Assembly: GCF_009914755.1 (NCBI RefSeq)
Contig: NC_060930.1
Strand: one strand, 5' to 3'
Length of the DNA stretch: 64,000 nucleotides
Source: the human T2T-CHM13v2.0 reference genome, Homo sapiens
The translations under genes and the position numbers were made by a program. The notes beneath the pieces are model-generated. The model worked only from the letters and a program-made list of their open reading frames with translations. It was not told where the DNA came from and did no database searches. Shown here piece after piece: positions 1 through 19,447 of this stretch; the stretch's first letter is position 1; every line of letters starts with the position of its first letter.

Positions 1-859
1 TAAAATTTACATAATACTTCAGTCATTTACACTAATAAGAAAAGTGTTTGAGCAAAATATTAAAAAAACAAAATTACATAATTTCAAATAACACAGCTTT
101 TATTAACCCATTAAATTCATTACAAGGAACCAGTCTAAGGACTGTTGATTGAATCAAAAGAGTGATGGTGACATTCTCTTTATAATTGTCTTGAAATTAA
201 TACAAAACACTAATTTATATCACATATTATTCATATGATTTTATTTAACAACATATATTAATTGATTATGTATAAGTGCTTTCAAAATACTTATGATGTT
301 TGAAAATTAGACACACATTCGTATTTTAATGCCCCAGTTACACCTCTCCCAATGTATTACTGAGTAATCTTTTTAATTTTTATTGCACAAACAGAATCTC
401 AGGTAAGTCTTTGAATTAATTAATGCTGGTGATTAGCAAATAAACACCCTTTATGTTTCATATGTCATGCACAATTAAGGACCTGAAATTAATTGAGGAG
501 AATAGAGAACCTGCATTAACGAGACATTCCCTTGCTACCACTGTTGTAAGTATCCAGATAATTTGGGGGTTCATTATAGACATGGAAGAAGTATTTTGTA
601 TAAGGAGAATCTTCCCATGTATGCCTTTGGTTTTGCTCTCTCCCCATTACCCTTAGTTTTATGATTTTCTCCTTTTTCAAATCTAAAGTGTTCACAGATC
701 AATCTGAAGAATTCCATATGGATTCAACAGAAATTTACTAAATGCCTAAAATGTGCTAAAGATATAGACAAAATAACTGCCTCTGTTGTGTATGTATATT
801 TTGGGGGAGGAAATACACTAAAATATTTTTTAATCAAATATTTTACCAGCCATTATGCA

Positions 860-1170
860 TCAGTCACTATCTAGGTGCCAGGAATGTTGCATGGAAGGAA
901 AATGGGCATGGACTCTGACTCATGGGGCTGAGACTGTAGTAGACATGACAAACAGTTGTCTTTTGTTTTCCTATCATGTTAAGATCTGGGAGAGCATTCC
1001 AGGCAAAAGAGAGTGCAAGGCTCTGGAGGACAGTGTGAGCTTCGTGAAAGAATAAGAAGGCCAGTGAGGCTGGAACAGAACGGGTTGGTTGGACAATTAT
1101 AGGAGACAAGATTGGACAAGTACACATGTAAGACATGGTAAGGAGATTTGATTTTATCCTAATGGTAATC
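860..1170. mobile_element. L2 fragment
   Basis: Typical L2-like wording: gagagcattccaggc...ggccagtgaggctgga...gattttatcct. Confidence 0.6.
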
Positions 1171-1205
1171 AGATCAAATATCTCTACCCTAACACTTCAC
1201 TGTCA

Positions 1206-1710
<505 letters not shown>

Positions 1711-2829
1711 CCTACATTGGAAGAAAGGAGAAATAACTTCTATTTTTACATTACTAAAGGGGAAAACACGAAATACAAAGCTGTCACCTGGCTTCCGTCA
1801 ACAGTGATCTGATGATGAACGGTGTCCCCTCAGAATATAAAGGTGTTCTTTGAACGTTCACAGGAGCGATACCTAACCCGGATCATAGAGGGTGTTTGTG
1901 TTCAGAGGACACTAAATTTGAGTCTCTGCATGCATCACACAAGTCTTCACCCAAACTACCATTTGCAGGCTCACTTCTTAGCCCCAACCCTACTGAGAAC
2001 GCAGAGCCATTTGCACGCTTCCTGTCCTTGGAAACGGAAGAAACTTCAATTACATGATGGCTTTATGCTACCTAGACCTCTTTCTTCAGTCTTTGGCATG
2101 TTCTAATCTCGGAGGCGACTTTACACAGATGGCAATAGCATTCGCAGCTTGGAGGTCTTTTACCAGTGGCTAAAACTTGATCCAACAGCCTCAGCCGGTT
2201 CCCCCTGACTCCAGCCCTCTAGATGCTTCTCAACATCACCTTCATCTCCTTTCCTTTATTCAGGACAGTCGTGCCAAGAAATGCCTAAGAGAAGGGTGAC
2301 CCTGGAAATGTCTTGACTCTGGGAAGATCTTCTAACCACTCCACATGGTAATAAGCACAGTGTTGACAGGTGTGAGGACTGAAGTGGGAGATCAAAGAGG
2401 AAAAGCCACGAATGAGGGTGTGGGGGGCAGTCAAGAGAAGCTCCCAAGGGAGCATGATCTGTGTAAATGCAGATTCTCTGGGTATTGGAAGATCCTTGGG
2501 GACAAATGCCAAGAAGACACCAACTTCTTTTATCAGCATCTCTCAGAATCCATGCCCTGTGGGTAGTTATATGTGAATATCAGAATCGCCCTCCACTGCC
2601 AGGGAGACCCAAGGCTTAATCTTGTATCTAATTTGGAAACAAAAAAAAATGTATATGATGAAATTATTCTGTAGTTTTGCTTGTAGCAGCCTCAGTTATC
2701 TTAAATATTCCTCCAACACATTATTTTCTTTATTAACTGTTACTATGCCCATGGCATTCATCACTCTGACACTTTCATAATGGATTATGAGGCTTGTACT
2801 TGTACTGATTTATTTATGTATTTGTCTCT

Positions 2830-2955
2830 GTTTGTTTTTTAGAGATGCGGGGGGTCTCACTGTGTTGCCTAGGCTGGTCTTGAACTCCTGACCTCTAGTG
2901 ATCCTCCCGCCTGGGCCTTCCAAAGTGCTCAGATCATGGGCATGCACCCAGCCAC
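2830..2955 (-). mobile_element. Alu left monomer/FLAM
   Basis: ggtctcactgtgttgcctaggctggtcttgaactcctg...caaagtgct. Confidence 0.8.
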
Positions 2956-2989
2956 ATTTTTAACCTATATAAATAGAGATGGGGGGAAA

Positions 2990-3812
2990 AAACAAAAAAC
3001 TCCAAAGCATTTTTCCTTCTGTCTTACACAGTTACTTCTGACATCAGGTATGTGGAGATTTTTCCCCCACACCAAGCAATTCTCCAGCAGACACCTGGTT
3101 CCTCTAAATCAATTCAATTCTGATACTATTTACCTAAAAATAGCATCAGATCCCACAGATTGAGGGATCAGTCATGCAAAACTGCCCCCCTCCCACTTCA
3201 GATGCCAGTTGCTATCACCTGTACTTCTGACCATCCAATTATAGATTGGAGGTTCCCACAAACCTTTCCTCAGGTTCAATTAATTTGCTAGAGCAGCCCA
3301 AAGAATTCAGGGAAACACTTACTTACATACACTGGTTTATTACATAGGATAAGACAAAGGATACAGACTAACAGATTGATAAAGAAAAACAAAACACATA
3401 GGACAAAGTATGGGGGAAAGAGTGCGGAGCTTCCACACCTTCTTCAAGAGCCTATCCTCCAGGCATCTTTCCGTGTTCTGCTATCTGGAAACTCTCCAAA
3501 CTCTGCCCTTTTGGGTTTTAATGGAGGCTTTGTTATGTCAGCATGGTGAGTTGATTAAACCATTGGCCATTGGCAGTCAACTCAACCTTCAGCCCCTCCC
3601 TTCTCCCCAGAGATTGTGAATGGGCTGAAAATCCCAACCCTCTAATCCTGCCTTGGTCTTTCTGGTGACCAGCCCCAGCCACCAGTCACCTCATTAGCAT
3701 GCAAAAGACACTCTTATCACTCTGGAGATTCCAAGAGTTTTAGGAGCTGAAGGGCAGGAACCAGGGTCAGAAACCAAATATATACTTCCTATTATATCAC
3801 AATATCACACAC
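2990..3812. mobile_element. MER21-like LTR
   Basis: acttctgaca...ccaagcaattctccagc...agcatcagatcccacagattgagg; resembles MER21 by recall. Confidence 0.7.
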
Positions 3813-6549
3813 ACTAGCTTGGGTCAATCAGTTGCATTAATTATTTGTGTATGATGTGAAGTACTCTTTTTAGTCACAAATTTATCTCTTTCAAATTACC
3901 AGGTAGGAAGTCAAAGGGAAAATTCTTTATTTCACTTTTGGAAAACTAATGAATAAACTAAATTAGTAATTGCATGCTATTTCCACTTCTGTAAAAATGA
4001 TATAGACTCTATATGCCTGTTATGAATAATAGATGAGCTTTGCAATGAAGAGCTATGCATGTTACTTTTTATTAGAATGAGTATGGCTTCAATTTTTATG
4101 TGACTATCAAAAGAGAAATATGGTTCTTTTTTCTAATTTAGAGTTTATCTAATAATGGTCCGTGAGCTCTTGTGACCTCTCTTTAAACTAAGGTACATCT
4201 CACTGTTTCAACTCATGCCTCTGTGTCCTGCTCAGTGATTCACCATCTCCCTATACAAGAGATCCCCGACCTAGCAAGCTCATCTACAAACAAATATTCT
4301 TATTCTTGGAACAGAGTTGCCAAAAGCAGAGGCACACAGAAAAAAAAGTCTGTGTTTGAGAGCTCAGGAGAGAGAGGAGCCAAAAGAAACATCTACCAGC
4401 AGCTAAATGATTTGGTTCCTGAAGGGATTCACTTCCATGAATAAGAATACGAGTAGGTACTCTCATTGGTACTTCTTCCTCATCTGTAGGTACCTGAGAT
4501 GACTGTGTCCTCTAAAGCTTCTGTGATGCTAGATGCACCCAACATCATTTTCTATAATTGAGGATCGTAGCTTTCCCCTGTGATCCTCTGGCTCTATTGT
4601 GGGAAGATAGTCAAAAAATCATCTTTTAAAGTAGGAAATAAACTTCTTTTTATAGAATCAGCTCCCCTTCCTCTGCGCTTGTGGTTTCCATTACTATAAA
4701 AGAGAGCACTGAAGTCCAAAGAAAGTACTGTGTATTTCCCTTTTGGGGCCCTGATGTCCTGCCCATGGCATTCATGCCCCCAAAATTGTTTCATGCCACC
4801 ATGAAATTGCCTCCACGTGGTGCCCATCTTTTTCCCTTCACTCATATTCTCAACATTTCCAGAACCAGAGAGAGAGAGACGGAGAAACAGAGAAGTTCTG
4901 ACCTCAACACCACCTTTTCCTACAGAATATGTGGCACCCGTATTTTGTCAGAGAAGACAAACGCGTTGTTCCTCAGATTGGTAGGATTCATGGGCATTTC
5001 ATCCTCATAATATGAGGTTGTATGCAGACAGTGCCTCCTGGTATCAAGAAGCCATGTGAGTTACACCACAGAGGAGAGGAAGTTAGGGGTTTCAAATATT
5101 TCAAAGAATAAGGAAACTAAGTCATACTCAGAAGTTAAGAAGAACTTTGGGGAGAGAGGAAGTCAAAATACAGAAATGCATTCAAAAAAAAGTTTAGGAT
5201 GTAGAGGAGGATGGGATCACCATGAGACAGCCGTCCAATGCCCATGATAGTTCCTGTTACAGTAAGCCACGTCTTCAGATAGAGAGAGAAAAGGCTACAT
5301 GTATACTTGCCTTGTATGAATGAGCACTGTTGTTTGATGAATTCCATCTCTTCCCCTCTTTTCAGTCCCTTCATCCTCATTGTAATAACAAGACTGCTGG
5401 TGATGTGGCCATGCAGAGCTCTTGTCCCTCATGTTCTTTCCACCTCAATCTTTCACTTTTCTCTATTTCTGCTTCTCCTGGTCCTACCTGGGCTCTCCCC
5501 AAGGGCTGCTCCTCACCGGGCAGCTAGTTACACGGCCACCACCACCCTGCCATCTACACAGAGGCCCTCCATCTCTCTGTGACCATTTTGATGAGATCTC
5601 TTTTTTTCATGGCATCCATCTTGGCAGTAGCAAGTTCATAGCCCAGAGTAAGAGGATTACCTGTTGGGATGCACAAAGGAATTTAAACCCCATTAAAATT
5701 TGTGACCCAAATCATTGTTTATGCTTAACAGAAATAGCAGCAATAAGATCGATTGAGGAATTATTTCACGTACTAAAACAGAAGACCTATCATTTTGTGG
5801 GAGGTAGTAGCCATGAATCCAAATCAAGCCTAGTAGTAGTACATTCCCCAGCGTGCTCAGAATATGCATAGAGAGTTTAAATCAAGGCGTAAGAGTTTCC
5901 AACCCTTCTATCTGTATGGCCAAGCCCCATTCATGTTAGTGCTGGAAGCATTCTTCCTGTATCTCATTGGTTTCTCGGGTACTTTTTCTCAATGTCTCCA
6001 TTTAAAAACGTTTATATAGAGTTCTGGTTTCTGCTTGGGGATGCAGAGAACTGGAAACAATGATGCTTCCTTGCAACATGAAAGAAATCACACAAATTGC
6101 AAGGTCGCAATTTTTTTCAACCCATCACAGAGCTGGGATTGAGCTTCCAACTAGCTTGAAATCTAGGAGAGTTGTCGCCTGAGTGCTTGCTTACCTAAGG
6201 CAGGTACAGCTGGGCACTGGTAAGAAGAATTTAGCTGGAATCATTTAAAAATTGACTGAGGTCAAATGTGGGCTGGAAAGAGTACAGAGCCCCAGGGGCT
6301 CACGAGTATAGGGCGGTTCACACCTTCTTGCAAGCTTCGTATCCGGGAATGCCAGTGGGTGTTCACAAATAAAAAATGGGAGAGTCCTGAGAAGGCATTC
6401 CGCATGCTTTTCAAGGAAAAGAATAAATAGAAGTTAAAGGCTTTATACATCGATGTGCATCAAATGAGTTAATTAGCAGAATATAAGGGAAGCAAAGACT
6501 TTACTATCTCATGTTGAGAGCAGACTACATACTCAAACCCTACTTCGTC

Positions 6550-6835
6550 TGTTTTTTGTTTGTTTGTTTGTTTGTTTTGAGATGGAGTCTTGCTTTGTCG
6601 CCCAGGCTGCAGTGCAGTGGCGCGATCTCCTCTCACTGCAACCTCCGCCTCCCCATTAGCAGGGATTACAGTCGCACACCACCACACCCGGCTAATTTTT
6701 TTTTTGTATTTTTAGTAGAGAAGGAGTTTCACCATGTTGGCCAGGCTGGTCTCGAACTCCTGACCTCATGTGATCTGCCTGCCTCGGCTTCCCAAAGTGC
6801 TGGAATACACGTGTGGGCCACTGCGCCCAGCCTCC
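6550..6835 (-). mobile_element. AluS with internal deletion and (TTTG)n tail
   Basis: Antisense Alu missing about 30 nt between two gcctccc repeats. Confidence 0.9.
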
Positions 6836-7034
6836 TCCGTTAATCTATTATCATTCTTCTCTAATATTCTCAAACTTACTTAATTCATTAACGTGATATA
6901 TGTTGACATCTCATTAAATATGTCTCTATTTATGACATACTCAACAACATGTGTGTAGTGTCATAAAATTTTAATTTATTTTATAAATATTTAACACTAA
7001 CTGAGTGCCAGGCATTCTTCTATGCACTTAAATA

Positions 7035-7270
7035 GCAGACAGGCATGGTGGCCGACACCTGTAACCCCAGCACTTTAGGAGGCCGAGGCAGGAAGATCAC
7101 TTGAGCCCAGAAGTTCAAGACCCTGTGGTTTCAGAGGCTGAGGTGGGAAGACCACTGGAGCCCAGGAGGTCAAGACTGCAGTGAGCCATTATTGCACCAC
7201 TGCACTCCAGCCTGTGGGACAGAGGGAGTGAGACCCTGTCTCAGATGAAAGAAAGACAGAGAGAGAGAGA
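7035..7270 (+). mobile_element. AluJ with a large internal deletion
   Basis: Left arm jumps from aagttcaagacc directly into the right arm gaggctgagg; GA-rich tail. Confidence 0.8.
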
Positions 7271-7600
7271 GGCATAGAGATGCATATGCACACAACGATT
7301 ACATCGTAGGGCTGTTTAAATTACTCATTCTGGCTGGGGGTCTGTGCTCTAAACCACTATTGGTATGCTATTTCTGTGTGGCTGGTCTGGAAAGCTTCAC
7401 ACCACCCCCCTCTCCCTTCCCTGAATTTCCATATTCCCCCCAACCCTCATTATCCCTTTCAGAGTCTCGCAGGTTGAGGTGATGTGAGAGAGGAAGCAGA
7501 AGCGAAGGTTACGCGAGGAAAGCCCCTCGTTAAACTTGGGATTTTCACGGGGACTCAGTCCAGAGGAAGTTGAGAAAACCAACTTAAATTACGGTCTCGA

Positions 7601-7617
7601 TCGCCATCTGGCGGTGG
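7601..7617 (-). promoter_or_regulatory. CTCF-type motif
   Basis: Minus-strand CCACCGCCAGATGGCGA, close to the CTCF core consensus, within a CpG-enriched unique segment. Confidence 0.7.
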
Positions 7618-8519
7618 AAGTCCACATTACATCCGCGGAGCAATGGCTGGGAACGTTGCATAATAGAGCGGGGCTCAAATTCCAAATTAAGTTTCTGAAT
7701 TTTTTCCATCTGGAATTTTATTTGATGATTAGTCTAGCATCGTAATGGTGTCCTTCGTGTTGACGTGAAAACCCAGTCTTCCTTCAGTTCATTTCCCGTT
7801 TATTAGGGATGCAAAACTCCAGCCACAGATGACCTACGACTCTGACTCCTTCCCCACCTACTTTACCCTCCCCTCCCCCAGTACATTCTGGGGCTAAACC
7901 CTAAGAGGTACCCACGCATCGCTGGGCCGATGATGAAAATGAAGAAGTCTTCTGATGAAGCGAGACCCCGGAAGTGCAGCTTCAGGCAAAATCCTGAGCG
8001 AATTCTTTGCTGCCAGGACAGTCCATAGGATCTTACTCTTAGAAATTACGTAAGCATGAGCAGTCAACGCTGAAAAGCAGAGAATGTGGTTTTCTGGTGG
8101 ACTCCAGAGGGAGACCAGGAAATCCTCTCACTTACAATCCATCAAGAGTAGTTCCTCCAAATTGAGTACAAAGTCTCTAAAGGCCAGCAGAGACAAGTAA
8201 GGACTACAGCTGCAGCTCACCACCCGGATCAGAACATAAAAGACAGGAGACCTCACGGCCTGGAGACCCACTAGAGCAAAATCTGCCATCCCAGGCAGGG
8301 AGGAGAATCAGGGGGAGGCCTGACATGGTGAGGCCTTGCTCCAAGTGGAGAAGGTGCATAAACTTAACAAGCTTGTTATTGCCCTGAGGATGTGATGTGG
8401 CAAAGGGGACAAGGATTGGATAGATTGTCTTACTGATGGAAGTTGGTAACAAACAAGGCAAATCAAAAAAGAAGCCATGAGATCCAGGGAACTGCTGTAC
8501 AGGGGACATGGCTGCATAA

Positions 8520-9310
8520 TATTAGTATAGTAACTCATTATGCACTAGTGTGGCAGACAGTGGCTGAATTCTGGAGACGGAAAATATTAATAAGACACGG
8601 AGTCCTGCTTACCACCCAGGAGACATATTAGCAAACAAAGGGGCTCAGCAGAAATATGTGTGAAATTGGGACATTGAAGTCATAAACAATTAGGAAAATT
8701 TTCTAGTGGAAATGACATTCAAGCTGATCGAGGGTATATGGAGAATGGCTTCCAAGTCTAACAAAGCATGAGCGGCTTGGACACTTGGACAGGCTTCGAG
8801 GGAAGTGAAAGTCATTCGGAATTGGTAAAATGGGTGGGTGACAGATGAAGCAGAGGGCTAGGGATGGATGCCTCACACACCAGGCTAAGGACTTGGGTCT
8901 TTGATCTGCAGTCAGTAGGACCAGTATGCAGACTGATAGTAAGGGAAGGGTCATGGGCAGCTTCACGTTTTAGAAAGACTACTCTGGTGGGAAGAGTGGG
9001 TTAGAGGAGCATAAAATTGAAAGCAGAGAAAGCAGCGTGGGTAACTGTTAGAGTAACACAGACCAGACATGATGCGGCTCGAATTAAAGTAGGATCAGGG
9101 ATCTAGAGAGAGGGTCAGAGACATGTGAGGGAGCAGAGGCAACATGATGTGTCGTCATCCATTGTATATGGGAGAGAGGAGAAGGCGAGAGCAGAAGATG
9201 CTTGGGAGACCAAGTGGTTAGTAATTCCAGTCATTAAGAAAGGACAGTTTAAGAGAACATTCCATATTAGACATTTTGTATTTGTAGGGCCTGTGGGTCA
9301 TCCAGATGAA
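8520..9310. mobile_element. L2 fragment
   Basis: Degenerate L2-like motifs such as ttttagaaagactactctgg and ggacttgggtcttt. Confidence 0.5.
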
Positions 9311-9319
9311 ACTTTACTC

Positions 9320-10216
9320 TGTGTGGTAGATGGAATAATGCCCCCAACTGCCACCCCTGAAAGATCTGAATCTATGAAACCTGTGAATCTGTTACCTTAC
9401 ATGGCAAAAGGGACTTTGCATTAGTGATTAGATTAAGGATCTTGAGATGGGGAGATTATTCTGGATTAGCCAAGTGGTCCTGATATAATTACATGAGTCC
9501 TTCTAAGTGAAAGAAAGAGGCAAGAGAATAGAAGAAGGAGATGTGATATTAGAAGCAAAAATCAGAGGAAAGTGATTGCTGGAAGGGGGCTACAAGCCGA
9601 GGAATGCAGCTGGTCGCTGCAAGCTGGAAGAGGCAAAAAACAGATTATCCGCTAAAGCCTTCAGAAGGGGAACACAGACAAGCTAACACCTTGATTAGCC
9701 CTGTACAAGTGTTAAAAGAAAAACTTTGAACAAATTAAATTTATTTTGATTTATTTGAGCAAAGCACAATTCATGAATTGGGCAGCATCCAGGACCAGAA
9801 GAGGTACAGAGAGCGCCACTGAGCAATAGGGGCAGGCAATATTTATAGAGAGAAAAAGGAAGTGGTATACAGAAGCAGCTTGTTTACAGCTCAGTGTTTG
9901 CCTTATTTGATCATGGTCTGATCAGTTGGCAACCTGTGATTGCCTGAAGCTTGGCTGCTGTGTTTGCCTGAGACTCAGCTATTTATTACAAGAATATGCT
10001 CTTAAGTTAGGGTACAATTTTCTTACACATTAAGTTAGATTTCAGTATACTACGTAGGAATTCAAAGTACAGAGGCTGCTTTAAGCCAAATTTAATTTAA
10101 TTTAACAGGACCCATTTTAGGCTTATAATTTCCAGAACTGCCCAACAATAAATTTTTGTTGTTTTAAAACACTAAATTGTGGTAATTTGTTACAGCACCA
10201 ATAGGAAACTAATATA
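9320..10216 (+). mobile_element. MLT1D-like MaLR LTR, split by a nested LTR
   Basis: Starts tgtggtag...ttaccttacatggcaaaagggactttgca; the 3' part with aataaa...ggaaactaata resumes at 10108. Confidence 0.8.
9710..10107 (-). mobile_element. MER4-group (MER57/MER93-like) solo LTR nested in MLT1
   Basis: TGTTAAA...TTTAACA termini. Confidence 0.65.
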
Positions 10217-10452
10217 TCCTGTAATCACGAAGCAATATAGCTCAAACCTCAGGCTTGGGGACCACATGGATTTGAGTTCTTATCATAGCTCCATCGCTTC
10301 CTACCCATATGAACTTGGGTGTCTTAATTAACCTCCCTAAGCCTCCACTTTCTCATTTGTAAAATGGGACTATCTACTAGAATTTCTGTCTGGAAAGAGG
10401 AATGGGGAGGCAGTGTGGTCAGCTGTTTTGCATAACAAGCCCTGTAGAAATA

Positions 10453-10778
10453 CAGATGCTCCTTGACTTCAGGTGGGTTTGTGTCCTGATAAACTGCAAG
10501 TTGAAAATGCATTCAATACCCCTAACCTATCAAACATCATAGTTTAGCCCAGCCTACCCTCAACATGCTCAGAACACTTACATTAGCGTGGCTGACTGGG
10601 AGCTGTGGCTCACTACTGCTGCTCAGCGTCAGGTGAGAGTGTTATACCACATATCACTAGCCCAGAGAAAGACTGACATTTCAAATTTGAAGTACATTTC
10701 TTCCAGAATGTGTACTGCTTTCACGCCATCACAGCTGAACAATCTTAAGTGGAACCATCATAAGTCAGGAACCATCTG
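10453..10778. mobile_element. Tigger4/MER46-like Tc1-mariner MITE
   Basis: TIRs CAGATGCTCCTTGACTT / AAGTCAGGAACCATCTG flanked by a TA duplication. Confidence 0.85.
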
Positions 10779-10847
10779 TATTTGATGTTTTAAACCATGT
10801 CATGTATAACTTTTTTAAAAAAAAGATAAAATAATTTTAAATATTAA

Positions 10848-11186
<339 letters not shown>

Positions 11187-12254
11187 ATTTTTTATTTTCT
11201 AAAATGAAAATGTTGATATTTAATTTTTAATCCCCTTCAAAAAAGCAACTACTCTGTTTATGAGATTTATAGAGAATTCCATATAGTTAATACTAAATAC
11301 ATTCCTACATCAGAATTTGTTTAATACAAAATCAATTATTTAGGTTAAAATGTTAACACTCTTCCGCTAAATTACCACTGCAATTGTGTAACTTCAAAAT
11401 GCTCAGGATATTGTCAACAGAGGAAATAGAAATTGATCTTCTAGCACAATAGTCAAACAAAATTGACTATACAAGATTTTGGATGCTTGTTACACTGTTG
11501 ACTCAAAACAATTCTAAACAACTCAATGTACTTGATGGACAGAATGTACTAAGAAACCAACAAAAGCAATTCATTTCTTACTTAGCTACATAAGCTAAGT
11601 AAGAAAATCGCAAATGCTGACATCCAAGGAAGCTTTCCAAGCATAGAAATAAACTCTGATAGATTATTTCAGATCCAGGATATTTGGAAAATAAATCAGA
11701 TTGCCTTTTTGGATAATTCCTAAAGAATCACACAATTATGACTTTTGAATCCTTTATTAATGGAGGTTACAGCAGCCTAAATAACTTGAAAAGTGGGGTT
11801 GGCTCTCAAATAACATGGAGGGTTTGTTTTAGAGGAAACATGTAACACGACAGGACTCCAGAAGCACGTGCTTTAAGGTATAAGGACATGTACCCCTGGT
11901 GACAGAGGATGTATAAATATTGTGAGTCCAAATATATAGGCCACTTGTTTAAGAAAAAAAGACATTAGGAGTATAAAAAGGAATCAAATGTAAGTGCAAA
12001 CTCATAATAAATCTAAACTACATGAGGCATAAATCCTAAATAAGTGCTTAAGTAGCTGAAATAGTATCACTTTATGTTGGAAACCTGAAAGGGACTAAAT
12101 ATATGACATAGAGTCCATATTTAAAAACTTCATGTAGGCATTAAATAGAAAGGATACAGCTCATTTGACAACCAGTAGAACAGGCAGCTATTTAAAGAAG
12201 CGTAATCCAAGTTAATGATGTACATATATGAGGTATTAGAATACGTAATTCAAT

Positions 12255-12635
12255 GGCCATTCATGATAAAATGCTCAGAAAATGCAAATAGAGAGGAACT
12301 GCCTCAATTTGATAAAGAGCATCTGCAAAAAATCTTACAGCTAACACAGCGGTGAAAGACTGAAATTTTTCCCCCAAAGATCGGGAACAAAGCAATGATG
12401 TCCACTCTCGCCATGCTTATTCAACATGGCGTTGGAAGTTCTAGATAATGTAATGGGCGAGAAAAAAAAAAGGCGTGCAGATTTCAAAGGAAGAAATAAA
12501 AATGGATCAAAGTCTAATATGTAAAACATAAAGTCACAAAACTCTCAGGAGAAAATCTTCAGGATCTAGGATTAAGCAAAAAGCTTTTAGACTTGACACC
12601 AAAGGCATAATCCATAACAGGAAAAATTAATAACG
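12255..12635 (+). mobile_element. Old L1M ORF2 fragments
   Basis: ccattcatgataaaa...cttacagctaac...ttggaagttctag resembles the L1 RT region. Confidence 0.7.
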
Positions 12636-12734
12636 TGCAACTACTAGTGGTTTGTCCTCACCAATTTGTATTTGAGGTTTATGGGGATACTTTGACACTT
12701 AGTTTTGTTGAAAATGTTAAGATGCTGTATTAAA

Positions 12735-13560
12735 TTATACTTTTTATTTTGATATCATTGTTGATTCACAGACACTTTTAAGAAATGTTACAGAGATATC
12801 TCATGTACATTTTACCCAGTTTCCCCCAAGGATAACATCTTGTAAACTACAGTAAATTATCACAGTCTGGATATTGACATTGATATAATTAAAATAAAGA
12901 ACACTTTCATCACTATAATATCCCTCATTTTGCCCTTTTGTAGCCACAGCCACTTCCCTCCCATTTCCACTTCTTCATTAACACAGCAATTATTAATTTC
13001 CATCTCTATAGTTTTGGCATTCCAGGAGTGTTATATAAGTGGAATCATTTAGTAGACAACATTTTGCAATTTTTTTTTTCACTCAGCCTAATTCCCTGGT
13101 GATTCATCCAGGTCGTGGTGCCTGTACCCAGTTTGTTCGTTTTTATTGCTAAGTAGTATTTCCTAGTATGGATAAACCACAGTTTGTTTCCAGTTTTTGT
13201 CTGAATAAAGCTGCTATGAGCATACATGTGCAGATTTTTCTCTGAACATAAGTCTTCATTTCTCTGGGATAAATGCTCAGGAGTGCAATTGCTGGGTTGT
13301 ATGGTGGTTGCATGTTTTGCTTTTAAAGAAAAAGCCAAACTATTTTCCAGTGTGGCTGTACTATATTACATTCCCAGCAGCCAAATGTGAGTGATCTATT
13401 TTCTCTGCATCCTCACCAGGATTTGGTATTGTGCCTACTTTTTATTTTTAGCCATCATGATAGGTATATAGTAATATCTTATTGTGGTTTTAATTTGTAA
13501 TTCTCTAATGGCTAATGACATTGCACATGTTTTCATGTCCTTATTTTGTATCTATGTATC
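12735..13560 (-). mobile_element. L1MC-like 3' end
   Basis: ORF2 C-terminus and 3'UTR-like sequence (acccagtttccccc...gatattgacattgat). Confidence 0.7.
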
Positions 13561-18810
<5,250 letters not shown>

Positions 18811-19039
18811 ACCAAGATACATTCCAATAAAACTTGTGGATACTAAAGAAAAAGAAAATACCATCTGGATACTCAGCAAAAGTAGCAATGACTTATTAAT
18901 AATTAGATTATCATCAGACTTTTTGATAACAGTTATGTGAAAATGTAGTAACTTTTTAAGATACTCAAGAGCGGAAAATGGAACCAAGATTTTTATAGCC
19001 ACAAAACTGACTTTCGACTATGAAGTGCAAGAACTTCCT

Positions 19040-19386
19040 GGTGTGGACTGAATATGCCGTCCCAAAATTCATATGATGAAATCGTAACGCCCAAGGTGAC
19101 AGTACCAGGAGGTGACGCCTTTGGAAGGTGATTAGGTCATGAGGGTGCAGCCCTTATGAATGGCATTAGGGCCCTTATAAGGGAGATTCCAGATAGCTCC
19201 CTTTCCTTCTGCCACATGAGGTCTTACTGAGAAGATGCTGCCAGCAGGCCTTCACCAGATCCCTACCAGGCTGACACACTGATCTCAGACCTCCAGCCTC
19301 CAGAACTGTGAAAAATACATTTCTGCTGTTTTTAAGCCATCCAGTCTCTGGTAGTTGGTTATAGCAGCTCATACAAACTAAGACAC
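19040..19386 (+). mobile_element. MLT1A/B-like MaLR solo LTR
   Basis: tggactgaat...cccaaaattcatatg...gttatagcagc...actaagaca. Confidence 0.8.
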
Positions 19387-19447
19387 TTTCCTAAGTCTTC
19401 CTGAGGCACCTAGGAGAAATAGTTTCAAACAATCATGATGACTACAT

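Noticed and set aside
1800-1900. TGATGA/CTGA boxes suggesting a C/D snoRNA
   Set aside because: The boxes overlap in the wrong order, with no terminal stem and no host intron.
2285-2539. ORF segment EVGVFLAF resembling DOB beta1 DVGMFVAL
   Set aside because: The flanking FDSD, WN and CRHNY motifs are absent and the spacing is wrong; likely chance.
6469-6843. Alu-derived ORFs (also at 21091, 27923, 32299, 50629, 55894 and 58926)
   Set aside because: Standard Alu translation artefacts.
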